64,000 bases of DNA from Dicyema japonicum (taxonomy: Eukaryota > Animalia > Dicyemida). The notes under the pieces were generated by a model. It saw nothing but the letters and a program-made list of their open reading frames with translations, was not told where the DNA came from and did no database searches. Below, in pieces: positions 1 through 12,875 of this stretch. The stretch covers positions 1,260,350 to 1,324,349 of the forward strand of contig RDEW01000013.1 of NCBI GenBank assembly GCA_011109175.1, in the 5' to 3' direction. Both the position numbers and the translations under genes were made by a program. How positions within the stretch are numbered: position 1 is the stretch's first letter; every line of letters starts with the position of its first letter.

Positions 1-2472
1 TAAACTGTCCACGGTAACAATCACATCTCTTCTCTTTAGGGTTTCAGCCATTTTTTTCCAATGATATTCTTTTTTACTTTGTGAATTTTGATTCGCCTTC
101 GTCAATTTTTTAAAAAATCTCCTGTGCTTTGATTCCGACGGTTTTCTATAACTTTCGAAATAAAACAGATCAAGCAAATCGGTCGTTAAAACTCAGCGAA
201 ATATCTTTTTAGATGCTGACGTCACATGCCGCCTTTTGTCCCGTTATTTAGCACTACACCACGTCCTGTAGTAGTTTTAATGAGAATATAACTTTTCTAT
301 GCGTTGTGATTGACAACCATGACGAAACCTATATCTTGAAGACTGTTTGTCAAATATCCTCGCCAAGCACTGAACCAACTACCACATCGTCATTTATCGC
401 TTTGGTAGGCGTTACCCTTGTGCGATCAGAATTTCCATGAGATAACATTCTTTGATTGCACACGAACAGTAAACCGACAAAATAAAATAAAAGAGAGTTG
501 GGACTGCCAGATGATCCCGGCCTCCTTAAGCATCCGCCTTAACATTTCTCGGTGTTCCTAGAGAGAGCCGACAAACTTCCTGTATAGATGATTCACTTTT
601 CGGAAATTTTGAGGCTCCCGTTCTCCTCACAAGTTCCTCAAACGGAGTTGACTTTAGTGGCGAGGAGAACCTTCGTGACTATTTCTTTGAAGGAGTTTAT
701 TTTCCTTAGGTTGGTATAGGATATGTTAAATGAAAATTCAAAAAATTAATGAATAACAAAATAATTAATCTTGGGAAATTTTTAATTTCATGTGAGTTTT
801 TTAACTGAAAAGATTTCTTATTAATTATTGTTGTTGCTCGTAATTAACTTATTTTCAAGCTTGATGTAACTCTTCAATTTGGAATCGTCGAATACAAAAT
901 CTGTAATCCACTTTGGACATCAGAATTAATCAAACCATGAGGACCCCAGTTCTATACTGTCGAGAATTTGTTTTTGAGGGCGACTCGTAATATTTACGAA
1001 TCTTTCATTAAGCCTGTTTTTTTGATCATTTTACTTCATTTACTATACATTTTGTCATTAGCAAGTCTAAATATTCGACTTTTCGCATTTAAATGTGAAT
1101 ACTGGTAACTAAAAAGTCGTTAAATGAAGATTTAAGTTAAAAGGAATGCTCTCGTTTGCCTTAAATCTTCAATATTCGGTCTAAATTGATGAAGATTAGC
1201 TTGGCGTCGAGTTGGTATTTTGTAAAATATGTCAACTCCACGTATGTTGGATAAATCCGTATGATTCAAAAAATGTCATATTTTATCGGTAATTTGAATC
1301 ACAGTTCCCCAATCCCAAGAGGACACCTACCGTGAATGAACGAAATGGAAGGAATCCCAAGCGAAAAACATTTTTCCATCTTCATCGTTTGGCAGAGTAA
1401 ATGGCAGGAAAACCTAGTTTTTTATTTGGTTTCACATTTGTAGGGAATAAGTATCATCCCATATAAAGAGTGTCTTTTATAATTAGTAAGATCGTCATCT
1501 CTCCAGTCTTCTCCATCTACTCAATCTCTTCAATCAAGTCAACTACATATTATTTTATTTAGTAAAAATATAGTCATTCGTTTATTACTTTTTCTCGTTT
1601 TACTAAAGTGACTTCAAGTGATCCATTAGTCTCTTAGATAACGCTCAGTTCTTGGGTCACATGAAAAAGCTTCATTTGCTCACCCCAAGGAGGGATTTTA
1701 CAACTGTGATAGGGATGTGTTATTCAATTTTTTCGTGGACTTGTGTGACATTGAAGAACTCTCTGCTTCTGCAACAGTGGAAACCTGATTCATTCGATAG
1801 AAGTTAACTATTAACTTTTTTTCTTGATGAGCTATGGGTTTTTTAATTGGAGAACTCAATTTCTTGCTAAAGATCGCTAATATTTTGCTTACTTAGCTTG
1901 ATGGTGGACGAAAAATATTGTCTTCTTATTTGATGTTTATTGTAGGAGGTGATTGCCTCAAGCGGAATAAAAAACCCTAAGTTCCGATCACAGAAGGAAA
2001 AATCGGATACACGAGGTATCCGAGTCTCATCAGTAAAAATTGAAAGAACTGAAGGACAAAAATCGTAAATATAAATAAAATATTTAGAATGTGCATCTAG
2101 TAAATATAGTAATCAATTCCAAAATTCGGTCAGAAAAAAAGAAATAAAGACTTTGGTATCAAATTAAATACCGAAGCGTCACTGACATTTAAGCTGCCTA
2201 TAACCATCAAGTTGCAATTATTGGCGCTCAGTTTCTCTGATTAAGTGGAAGCCCCAAACTCAGGAAAAATCCATTCATTAATGAACTTTTGTAAAAATTT
2301 AATAATTTTGGAATTATAAACACGGGAATGGTGTATTTCTTTTGGTTAATGAAGTTTAATCTTGTCATTGAATCTTTCATATTAATGCTAATAAATCATT
2401 TTGATGTGGAAGAAGACTGATTTCCGTTAACAGACAAATTGATGAACGACAAGGGAGAACCACACACCGCAA

Positions 2473-2545
2473 GCTGCTATTAGAAAATACTTGGAGAGAC
2501 TCAAAAGAACTTGCTGCTATTAGAAAATACTTGGAGAGACTCAAA
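2473..2545. repeat. 33-bp perfect tandem duplication (period 40)
   Basis: GCTGCTATTAGAAAATACTTGGAGAGACTCAAA occurs at 2473-2505 and 2513-2545. Confidence 0.9.
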
Positions 2546-2859
2546 TAATAGGCTTTAAACTTCCAGAAGTGAGATTCAAACTAGGGTCAACTTTGTTTTA
2601 GACTTCTATAGAACAAAGGGTACATTTACTTAATTTGGAGACTTGTTGATTAGTGTATACTTTTTTACCCCCTTATTTTTCTCTCGAAAAAGTAGCTATA
2701 CTTTTTCACATATTCTTACATTCACATAAGTGAATGATAATACGCAAGACATTTTGTAATCAAGCTTCTCAGCAGCCTAAAGCAGGTAAATGCGTGGAAC
2801 TTTCAACCGAATGGACAGCAGCGAGATTTGAATCAGGACCACCACATTTTGGTCGGCTA

Positions 2860-3850
2860 ATTTGTTGGAGACTGGATTGTCCTTATTTGTCATCAAAAAG
2901 GTGACTCCGTATAAAATCCAAGCCGACATTAATAGCCCATTGAATAAGACGATATGTAGAGTTATGTAGTTACGAACTTTTTTTGATAAAGAAATTGTAA
3001 ATTACAAGTTAGAGATTATAATCCAACCACGTGAGCATAAAATTTAGAAAGGTAAGCAACTGTCACCAAACTTATTTATAACGTCGAACACTCCACCAGA
3101 ATCAGTTATCAAAATTCTGGTTGCTTCTAAGACAGATTTCATCGCCCACTTTATGGTATCGGCGGAATCATTCTGCAATATTCAAATAAACTCATCATAA
3201 ATTATGAGTTTATTTAACTTTTCCTGATAATTCTTATTTTTTATTTACTTACCCCGATCCTTTCAAGTGAAAAACTGGTGGGTAACAAAAACGCTACAGC
3301 CAAAGGGTACGCACCAGACATCCGTCAGGTGTATTTGGTTCTGAAGAAATAGTAAGGTGGACCCAGAGCAATTTAAGAGATGATCCTGGTCTCGCAAGAA
3401 AGCACGATGGGCATAGTGGAGAGGACGATTGTCCAATCTTCACAGATATGAATGTAAATTCAAGTGATGATCACAATTTAGGTACGCAAGTGACGCGAAC
3501 CTCCTGGTAGGGAGCTTCGTCTCAGTCAAACAATAGGTGGAATACGCTCCAGAAGATTGTTTATACCAAGGCTTCTGAATAGTTTTGGTGGATAACCAGT
3601 CATGGATAGTTTTCTGTCGTGTCTGAGTATCTGAGATGGTTTTTAGAATCCGAATTTGATCTCCAAGAGTAGGAATAATTCGCCTTTTGTTTGTGGAGAC
3701 CCAAAGCAGTAAGCTGGATGTCAGCATTTTACATTGTCAAGGAATTGTAGACTTAGCATCTTTATATGGTCCCTAATTGGGAGAATTTTTTATTCCAGTC
3801 AAGGTGGTCAATTTTTGTGGTTTTTAGAACCCAGTTCCTTTATTTATTAT
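2860..3850 (-). mobile_element. Degenerate retroviral-type (Ty3/Gypsy-like) integrase remnant
   Basis: Minus-strand fragments read WVSTNKRRIIPT...KTIHDWLST and, by manual translation, ILITDSGGVF (resembles the rve I.SDNG.QF motif). The first fragment is homologous to 51110-51295 (WLSTDKRESYLP...MMHDWIST). Many stops and frameshifts. Confidence 0.45.
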
Positions 3851-3859
3851 TTAACATCT

Positions 3860-4600
3860 CAAGACCAGGGTAAAACCAAAACTAACTATCACGTGATCCC
3901 GATGCGCTCCTCCAAAATCCTCATTCTTTCCCTTGCTCCTCCCTCGTACCAACACAAGCTCGTAAAGGGCGGCTAACTGTATTTGCAGGGACACCTTCCC
4001 GCATGCCGGAGTTTTGTTTAATGAGGGCCTCCAGAGTAGTCGGTCCGGTTCTGTTTCTTCCACAAGACCACCGCTCCGTCATTCTGAAAGCCTTCTTTTG
4101 AACGTCCTCGATTTTCTTAGTGTTCGTCAATGATTATGAAGGTCTCCACGAAGCACACGCGTACGAGAAGCATGGTTCGATGTATTGCTTGTAAATGTTC
4201 ATCAAGACCGGGTCGTTTGTATTTTTTTCAACGTTTGATTCTTAATTTTTTAATTATTTTTAATAATAGAAATATTATTAAAATGAAGGTAAAGTTAGTT
4301 GAGACTAATAATCGATAGCCCAATGTTCTGGATGAGCCATCGCGCTATTCTATACTCATCCTTTGCAACCCTCAAGATATCCGATGAAGTCAGGCGTGCT
4401 TGGGACAATAATGCCATCATCTCAGCAGAGAACGGCAGTAAAACAAGACGGTCCTTAATGTCGCGATACTTCCTTCTTTTCAAATCTTTAGGAATTCTCA
4501 CCGAGAAAACTGCACGCAGCAATGACTTGAGCAAATTACCATCTGAGAATTGTACATGACGTTGAATCCAAAACAAGAGACTTCCTTTGGCTCCATGTCA
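3860..4600 (-). mobile_element. 3' part of a Jockey/I/L2-group LINE (RT end, thumb, 3' UTR)
   Basis: LVLLPFSAEMMAL corresponds to a decayed (F/Y)ADD region and IEDVQKKAFRM to the LE.VQ..A.R thumb motif. The 3' UTR (CACGTGAT..TAGTTAGTT) is shared with 5535-5640 and 42960-43080. Confidence 0.6.
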
Positions 4601-4934
4601 GGGTTAGTATTAAAAACAATATTTAGTTATAAAACCAAAATATCAGTAAAATATATAAGCTACAATGATTAGTTGTTCTCATATTTTGTATGCTACAATA
4701 CTTTTATTAATATCCTTCCACTCCTCTTCACTTGCTGAAAGTAACATCAATGTTACAGAATCAGAATATTTACGTTGCAATTTTTGGTTAAAATCATATT
4801 AATGTTACGAATTATCATACTGTTTTTTCAACATACACCTATTTATTATTAAATCAATTTAAACTAAAATATTTATTATATATTTAAAATTATATGATTT
4901 TCTAGTAATTTAAAGTGGATCTATTTGTAAACTT

Positions 4935-5190
4935 CTTCAGATGACTAGGAGTCATATGATCACATGTCTCAGATGGCCCAGTGTCAGACTGGCAAGAAAA
5001 AGGATCATTTGCTCTCCCCACACCACTGGAGGGGTTTCCACAGCTGAGGAATAGACGTCTATTAACTTTTATGCTGGGTCCAGATTGACTTGTGTGCGGT
5101 TGTAGGACTCTGTTTCTGTGACACTGGAAACTGGATACACTTAACTAGTCGTTTACTGTTACTCCTTTCTGTTATATCTTCTTCTGCCAC
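4935..5190 (+). repeat. Copy 1 (diverged) of unclassified ~285-bp interspersed repeat, family A
   Basis: GCCCAGTGTCAGACTGGC...GGAAACTGGATACACTTAACTAGT is the reverse complement of 27713-27998 and 62202-62485. Confidence 0.8.
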
Positions 5191-5534
5191 TAATCTTTGA
5201 TAATTTAAAAAACCTTTTGTAATTTCATTAGCAATACGCTCTCTTAACTAAAGATCCGCCCAGTTTTATTTACATATCTAGTCCCTTCCTCTAATTGAAA
5301 AAAATATGAAAAGTGCAATATATATAAATATTTTTTATGGCAGTTGAATAAAAATCAACTCATTTATCTTGGAAATCGCAACATCTTATGTGGAAGTAAT
5401 TTATTAATGTTAATATTTCACTGTGCTGTTTAGAAAGACATTTGTCAAACTTTAGAAAAGAATTTTTTTTATCATCTAACAAACAGTTGGAGCAATGACA
5501 TGAGTGCTGAGGATTGGTCACTTATCGGAGATAA

Positions 5535-5640
5535 TAATAATAACACCAGAGACCACGGTTACACAAACTAACTAATCACGTGAGCACGCTCTAGCAGGGA
5601 CCTCATCTTTGGCTCGATTCTCCTCCCTCGTGGAGATAAC
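5535..5640 (-). mobile_element. Short LINE 3'-UTR fragment with (ATT)n tail
   Basis: AATAATAATAACACCAGAGACCACGGTTAC...CACGTGAGCACGCTCTAGCAGGGACC matches the reverse complement of 42990-43080. Confidence 0.7.
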
Positions 5641-5775
5641 GAAGAGGTGAATTTGGTGATCGGTAACTATTCCAAGAGTAAGAGAGTATTATAGTTTTAT
5701 AATCAATAATTATTTTTTTGTTATAAAAAATCTATTTATTATAAAATAATTTTAAATTTAATATAAGTTCTAGAA

Positions 5776-7204
5776 ATGTCCGACACGCCTTACAGTAGTG
5801 ACGAAGAACAAAGTTCAGAACTCAGCTATATTCCACCAAATTTGATAACTGATGAATTCAATGATTTATCATGCTCAAAGGACCGGTCCATTCTAAAGAA
5901 AATTATTAAACAAGGTTCAGGAAGATCTCCACTACATGGGGACACTGTTTACGTCCACTACACCGGCACCCTTCCAAACGGGACAAAATTTGACTCCAGT
6001 AGAGATCGGGACGAACAATTTTCTTTCAAAATTGGAGAAGGTCCTCATTTTTAGCTCACAGTTAGGAAATGTTATAAAAAGCTGGGACACATGTCTTCGT
6101 TCTATGCAAAAAGGAGAAGAGTGCGTGCTCCTAACTGCTGCCAAATATGCGTATGGAAGTAAAGGAACCGGCAATCAGGAAGATGAGAAGAGTATTCCAC
6201 CAAATTCTGCTCTTGTCTTTAAAATTGAGCTTTTTGACTTTTGTGGGGAAGATGTGACTCCCGAAAAGAATGGATTGGTCCTCGATCAATGATATCTAAT
6301 GGATCCGGTTATTTGGTACCTAGAGATTGGTCAAAGGTTAAAAGTATGAGTTTAATGGTAATTTTGATAGTCTCATACAAAGTGACCCACAAAAATGAAA
6401 TAATTGGCGGGCAAGATGACTTCGAATTTGAAATTGGGAGGGCAAATGAAAAGAACCTTGTGGAAGGAGTTGAGTTCGCAGTAAAATACATGCGGAAAGG
6501 CGAACGTGCCCTTTTCGTCATGAAGTACCCCCTTTCCTGTCGTGTATTGGAGACTGATGATGTTTCCAACTTTCCAAAGGACCACGAGGTCGAGTATGAC
6601 ATCACTCTGAATGATTTCGAGATTGTAAAAAATTTTCATGATTTTTAGGTGAAACAGTTCTATGATATGAACTATGAAGAGAAGCTCAATATGGTGGACT
6701 ATATTAAAAAGCGGGGAATGATTTATTGGAGAAGAAGTGCTACAACGCAGCTTATAGGTGCTATGAAAGTGGCAAGAAGTATGTCGAGGACTGGGAGACT
6801 GATAAGGTTCCCGCAGAGCAGCTTAAGTCCATGACCTCTTATTGTCTATCGCTTAAGCTTAACATGTCGCTGACCTGTTTCAGGCTTGGGCGGTTCAGAG
6901 AAGCCCTCAAGCATGCGGAAGAAGCACTTGGGGTTGACTCGTCTTCGTATAAGGGACTTTGGCGGGCTGCTAAAGTATGGGAATCATTTTAGTGTAGGCA
7001 TTATGTGAACTGCGGGAATTCGACAAGGCTTTGGAGTATCTGAGACAGGCAGAAGAATGTGGAGTGAATTGCGAAGAGGTCGAACGTGAGATCAGGAGAG
7101 TCAATGGACTGAAGGATGGCGACAAGGCCGCAGAGAGAGCTTTTTATATGAATGCGGTCAGAAAAATCATGGTGATTTTGGTCATTTATTATTAGGCTGA
7201 GTAG
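5776..7204 (+). CDS. FKBP4: FKBP52/FKBP51-type immunophilin (two FKBP domains + TPR), 6 exons
   Basis: FK1 motifs [31 protein letters not shown] and [14 protein letters not shown]; a second FKBP domain; TPR region [50 protein letters not shown]. Introns 6041-6065, 6344-6370, 6625-6648, 6975-6997 and probably 7172-7195 restore the frame. Two single-base frame breaks remain near 6282 and 6716. FKBP4 versus FKBP5 orthology is not resolvable. Confidence 0.9.
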
Positions 7205-7899
7205 TCCTTACATGATTACTTTTTGGTTATAATCTGTTTGAGACTTTTTGGTTTTTTTATTGCGAAAAGTATTTTAGTATTATATAGGAACTGACTCTTA
7301 GTAAGAGGGCCTTGTCATTTGTCCTGCTATTTTCTATATAAGCTAACGGACAATCGCTAATAATGATAATAGTTGTTTTAGCGACAAATAGACCGTTTGT
7401 TCTCACATTTAAGCCTTTCTCTATTATTTATTTAACACACGGATAAACTGAATTGAATGCTGTCGGTGCATTACCTCACTTACATTGGTTATTGTGAGAA
7501 TTGACTAAGGTAGCTTTCGGCAACCGTGCCCATAAAAACATTTTCAAAATAGTATTTTTTATACCAAAATGTTTTTTATGTATATTTAGACTAAATAATA
7601 TTTAAATGGTATTTTATATTAAATTGTCATTTTGTCGGGTCCCGCACCGGATCCCGTACCCATGTCACCTGTCAAACGAGCTATCTCCTGTCATTCAATC
7701 AATATTAATTAGTTCCTACTCAAAAATTAAAGAATTTATTTTGTTAAAAAGTCTATATTGCCTTGAGTCATGTTGACTATTTTTAATTCTCCTGAACGTG
7801 CCTTAATCAGTTGTCACAATACAATATTAAATAAATCTCTATGTATTTGAGTAATTTCAATTGCTTTAACATATGGAGATTCAAATCTGCCCAACTCTA

Positions 7900-9000
7900 G
7901 CGATAGACTCTCATAATCCTTTAGAAATGGTATCTAAAATTATTCCTAAAATTACTTCATTTCCAATAAAAAATCATATTTTGATTGATGAACGTTCATT
8001 CTTTTGTCATCCGCCTATAATAGGCTGAATTCAAATTTGATGGAAAAAATTCATATCAAAATTATCTGCATCTAAGTCAGATCAAATTTGCATACTTTAT
8101 ACAATAATTACCTGAAACATCTGAATTATGTTCGACGTCAAATCCTCTGATGATCGTGGAAAAACATCATCCACATTCTCACTTTCTATGAAATTAAAAA
8201 ATAATTAACTTTTATACTCACGAATGTGTGCTTATTCCAGAGACTCCTTGGAGTTACATTTTTAGAGGAATGAATCGTGGTGTTATATGTAAACGTGTTT
8301 TTAATGAATTTTTTCCAGTATTTAGTTGATTCTTCAACCATTAACTTTGAAAGATTTCTTGTCAAAGTTTGGTTAAACTTTTTATGATTTCCTGAAACCA
8401 ATTCTTGTGGTTGAGGATGATTTGGTCTTCCATAAATGTGCATTTTATTTTTAATACAGAGAGTCTAGATATTTATTTTTAAACTTTCTTCCATTATCTG
8501 TTTACAGAATCTCACAAAAGGCGATATCAAAACAAATTTTTTTGGTGCTTAAAAATATACCAATTGTAGATTTATTTTTAACTCATTACGAATTCATATT
8601 TAATCATCAATGACAGTAAATATCATTATAGCCATCATTTGAATCACTAAATTTCTTAACATCTATAAGGTCTTCTTGGAATCGTTCATTAAGTCATTTG
8701 ACAATCAATCACATTGTATTTAGAATTGGAAACCTATAAATTAATTTTTTACTTCAAGTGGAATAGAAAATTGCAAATTGTGCAGTCTTGGACAATTTTG
8801 TTTTATTGAAAAATAGTAGTCCAAACATTCATGCTGCAGTCTACGATTCCCGAAAAGCTATTTCTGGATAGACTCTGCAATAGTCCGCATCTCAGATACG
8901 CTATTCATGCACAAACTAATTTTTCGTCTTTGAAGTATAACCGGCCATAAATGACAATACATTTCTCAGATTTTTTCATTATTTTATTTCGCTTCTCTTG
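7900..9000 (-). mobile_element. Degenerate retroviral-type integrase (H2C2 zinc finger + rve core)
   Basis: KIVQDCTICN near 8790; YGRPNHPQPQ..., FNQTLTRNLSK and YNTTIHSS...TP in ORF 8186-8443 match the integrase core HPQS.G.VER.N.TL...YN...HS...TP. Confidence 0.7.
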
Positions 9001-9029
9001 AAAATGTCTGTAAAGGATCACCATTAGGG

Positions 9030-12000
9030 ATGCTCACTATAGAGTGATATTACATAATATTAGTACAAAGTCTATAATTATTATATAAAGGGATAAACTT
9101 TTAATAGAGCACATGTTGAATTTTTATGAACATCAATTTTACTATAAGCTGGATTATGAGTTGACTATAGGGATTAAATTAGTCCGCTTTTACGGCCTAC
9201 ACTTATAACTTCCCCCATCTCCTTAATTTCTATGCGTTCTTTCACAGGAATTCACAAATCCTGTTTTCCACAATCTGCTTCACTGGGGCAAGAGTCCCAT
9301 CCTTCTCAATGCTCATGACATGTTGTAGTTTTTGCATTGACACCCAGCTTACGTGTCCGAGCACCTGCAACGTCTTTTTCCTACTTAACGTCCTCAAAAA
9401 ATGAACCTCAATGATCGACTGTTACACCCAGGTATGGGAACAAACGAACTCTCGGAATTCTCAGAGTTTAGGCTGTACGTGAACTTACACGACTGATTCT
9501 TAGAATTTGACTTCTCTCTTGAAAGCTTCATCCCTTTCCGGACACAACAGTCTTGCAATTGGTTAATCAATATCATGACTCTCCTCTCGGATAGAATCGA
9601 CGTCCAGACATATCCATAGTAAGGATGTCATCCTCGTATAGTAACAGTTTCAAATTCGGGTCCGAATGGGTTGGGAGTTTTACAAGAAGATGTAAATAAA
9701 AGTGGGCTGAGAACAGATCCATGCTGAATGCCTGTCATTTGAAGCGTAGTCGTTCGGCTAGGAACTCTCTTAGCCATACGAATAGTTGTTTTAGAATATC
9801 AGTAGCTACAAGCCTTGATAGCAGAGCTTCGTGCCACACAACATCGAAGGCCTTAAATAAATCTAGGCACACCACATTTAGTTGTCTCTTGAGTGTTGTT
9901 CCTTTTAGTTCCTCAGTAAACATTTGGTGAATGCAGTCGGTAAAAGACTTTCCAGGTTTGAAAGCTCATTGTTCTGCGAGGATAGAATCGCTCTCTTTTA
10001 TATACAGCCTCTCGTAAACAATTCGCTCAATAATCTCGGATATCGAGCATATAAGGTTTATCGGCCAATAGCTGATGGCCCCTCTCCGACTTTCCTAGTT
10101 TGAAAATCATTTTGACTACTAAATTTTTCACCGTTTTGGGACATATCCGTACTTTATACTTGCGTTGAACAGACTTTTTAGGACGAGCACTAAGGCCACG
10201 GTCCTTCTTTAAACATTTTAATGTTAACGTGATCGAAGCCCGGAGGAGCCATGACCTCTTTGAGGGTGATTTTCTTCTCAACATCCTTGAGGTCGTTTAT
10301 GAGTAATTGCATGCTTATGTTCACATGGGTTAATTACATAGATTTTGTCCAATTGACTTTTGAAGAATTAAGGACTTTCTTCCTCAGAGTGCAAAACCCC
10401 ATCTTTCAGGGTTTTTCGTACTTATTTTTATATGTAGTAGAGATGAAAATCCAGATCACATAGCCAAGCTGTTGCAACAGAGCCAGAACTTGCTTTGCTT
10501 TTTTGAGGAAACCCAACTTGAGAACCGCTCCAAAAAACCCCAAGGATTTTAAGTAACACAACATTTTCAGTTATGTTGCATTTTAATCAAATTGTCTTTG
10601 TCCTCATCTTTTCGCCCATCTTCTCTATTTTGAAAGCAAATGGATTAACAATCCAGCATTAGAATCTTTAATAATTCCAATGCTACTATGAATGACGAAG
10701 TGACATATATAAGTAAATCCAAGCTTTGGAAGCGTTCCTTGGATATCGTATCGGGACTTTTTTGCCTTCAAACATTCAAGATCATTCCTGAGCGAATTGC
10801 CTACGTGGATAGATTTAAAATGTCGTTTAGCTTCGATGGTGTCAAATTTAATTATAAAAAATTGCATCAAAAACACGCACTGGGGTCAATCGATTTCATC
10901 AATAATTATTTGAAAACCATTTTCAACATAGTCTTCTTTCTATTTTCGAATTTTAACACACGTTGACAAATAACAACGAGTTTTTTATTTCCAACATTCA
11001 ATAATAAATTATTAAAAAATTATAAGTTTATTTAAATTCTCTTGTTATATATTTTATTTAAAGTTCATTTGCATATATGTACAAGTAATCATGATTTTTA
11101 AATTATTTCTCGCGCCCTTAGGGTGTGCTCGCACCCCCAATCGGGAAGCGATGCTTTAATTATTTCTCTGACCAGTTATTCTCTTGTAAATTTTGCAGAA
11201 GGACGGATCTTTGGCATCCAATTTGGTAGCCCCGTGCCTCTATCTATGCTCCATAGCCATTTTCGTTCTCGTTTCGATGGCTCTTTTGGTTATTTGAGCT
11301 CTTCTATGAGCTCCATTTGGACCATCCGGTCAACACATCTTCTTAACCTCCTTCTCAGGCGATTTCTTTCTTTAATCAGTCCCAAGGTAATAGGCGAAAT
11401 GTCAATACTTTTCTTACGGGTTCCATTGGCGAATATCTTTAGCTTCCTTGTGAGATAATTCCGGTAGTGTTCCCAGTAGTTATGTGATATGACATATTTT
11501 ATGAAGACTTCTTCGATGACATCTGATACTATGTTCAGGACCACTTCTTTTGGTATATGGTCACTACCGATATCCCACATAATTCTTAGTCTCATCACAT
11601 AAATGTACACTAGCGGTGATATAAGGAAAACAGCAAGCATGTCTCCACCATAGTGAGAGAAATGGTTGGGCTCATCTAATGTCATGACCTCAAAGTCAGC
11701 TCTCTCAGCCAAGATTTTCAGTCTTCGTCAGTCACCATTGGTTTTGTAGCATCCGTACTAACGTTCTGCATTTAGGTCGCCCACCAGAATGGACATTTTA
11801 TTTCCTCAAAAAATTCGTTAATCTTTGTAGAACAGTTTCTTAAATCCTTCGATATTTATCCACGAATCGCATCACATTTTTGTTAAGCTTCTAATATCAC
11901 AGCCATCCTCCATATCTAGACTCGTGTTTACAAGACTCACATTTGACGCAGATTGTATTTGATCCCGGATCTATCCTGCATTCGGAACTGTCGTTTCTCT

Positions 12001-12380
12001 TGCACATCGGAAGCACCTCTTCCTCTCCTTGCATTGGTATGTAAAGTGACCGATTTGTTGGCAGTTATAGTAAATTAACAGCCCTCTCCGCATCCATTCG
12101 CAAGTGACCACGTTTCTTCAAATGAAAAACTCGCAGAGGACTAACGATGTGGCCTCTGTTTTGTGTCCTACCGACCCCTCTGCCATTGGCAAAGTCTGTC
12201 CTTCTCTTAACATTGGAGATACATTTGTAGTGATAGTTCATCTATTTGAGGTAGTTCAGGAGGTCGCTGTCTCAACCCAAAAGGGGAAAGTTCTTCATTA
12301 AAATTTTGATGGCCTTGAGGTGATCTTTCTAACCCGGTGATTGTCCGGTACAGAGGGACAAGTATCGTTAACATATAAAG
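9030..12380 (-). mobile_element. Near-full-length but decayed Jockey/I-group LINE (ORF1 zinc knuckles, APE endonuclease, RT)
   Basis: CQQIGHFTYQC and CFRCA knuckles at ~11950-12090; WDIGSDHIP (APE end) in ORF 11290-11712; SYWPINLICSISEIIERIVYERL (~10050); CLDLFKAFD (ORF 9735-9923); LYEDD (~9630). Confidence 0.8.
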
Positions 12381-12383
12381 GCT

Positions 12384-12720
12384 CTATCTACAGATAAAGA
12401 TGATGTTTGACATTGTGGCAAAATGCAATAATTCTGATTGCAAATTTTTGGTTAGTGAGTCTAAAAATTCATTTAAGATCCTGTTCAGAGCCACGGGTAG
12501 AGTGACTCTGGGTCTTCTTCTGAACGGTAGTTTGTTCTCATTGTTAAAGTAATTGTCCATTATTATATTTGCAGCGGCGTTTATGTCCATTCTAAGCACG
12601 TGCCCAAACAATCTCTATCTTGATTCAATAATGTCAATAGTGAACTCAATGATATTTTTAAAAACCACTTATTGTAATCTCTTTTCTATGTAATTCTCAT
12701 TATCGTCCTTGTCATTTTAT
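12384..12720 (-). mobile_element. RTE-clade LINE 3' fragment
   Basis: FGHVLRMD...RRRPRVTLP is homologous to the C-terminus of the RTE copy at 46935-47186 (LRME...GRPRTTLP). Confidence 0.7.
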
Positions 12721-12875
12721 TAATTCACTAATCTGTGCGTTCCGATGTTTGAAGAAGATCCACAATTTAAAAAAAAAACATTTTATTGACAAAAAGAGAT
12801 TTAAATTATTGTGTATGTGTTCCACGTAAAACGGCAATCCCGATTCGTTGTCTTAGCCAGGAAGAATCGCAGGTT

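Noticed and set aside
1-1500. Possible gag/protease or RT remnants on the minus strand
   Set aside because: No diagnostic motif could be read with confidence.
1990-2040. Minus-strand CTGATGAG followed by hairpin TCGGATAC/GTATCCGA, resembling a hammerhead ribozyme
   Set aside because: No GAAA after stem II, and no stems I/III.
5600-5660. CTCC-TCCCTCGT-GGAG resembling the P3/L3 of an HDV-like ribozyme
   Set aside because: No P1 or P2 partners. The paralogs at 3940 and 42985 do not keep the pairing, and the element reads as a LINE 3' UTR on the opposite strand.
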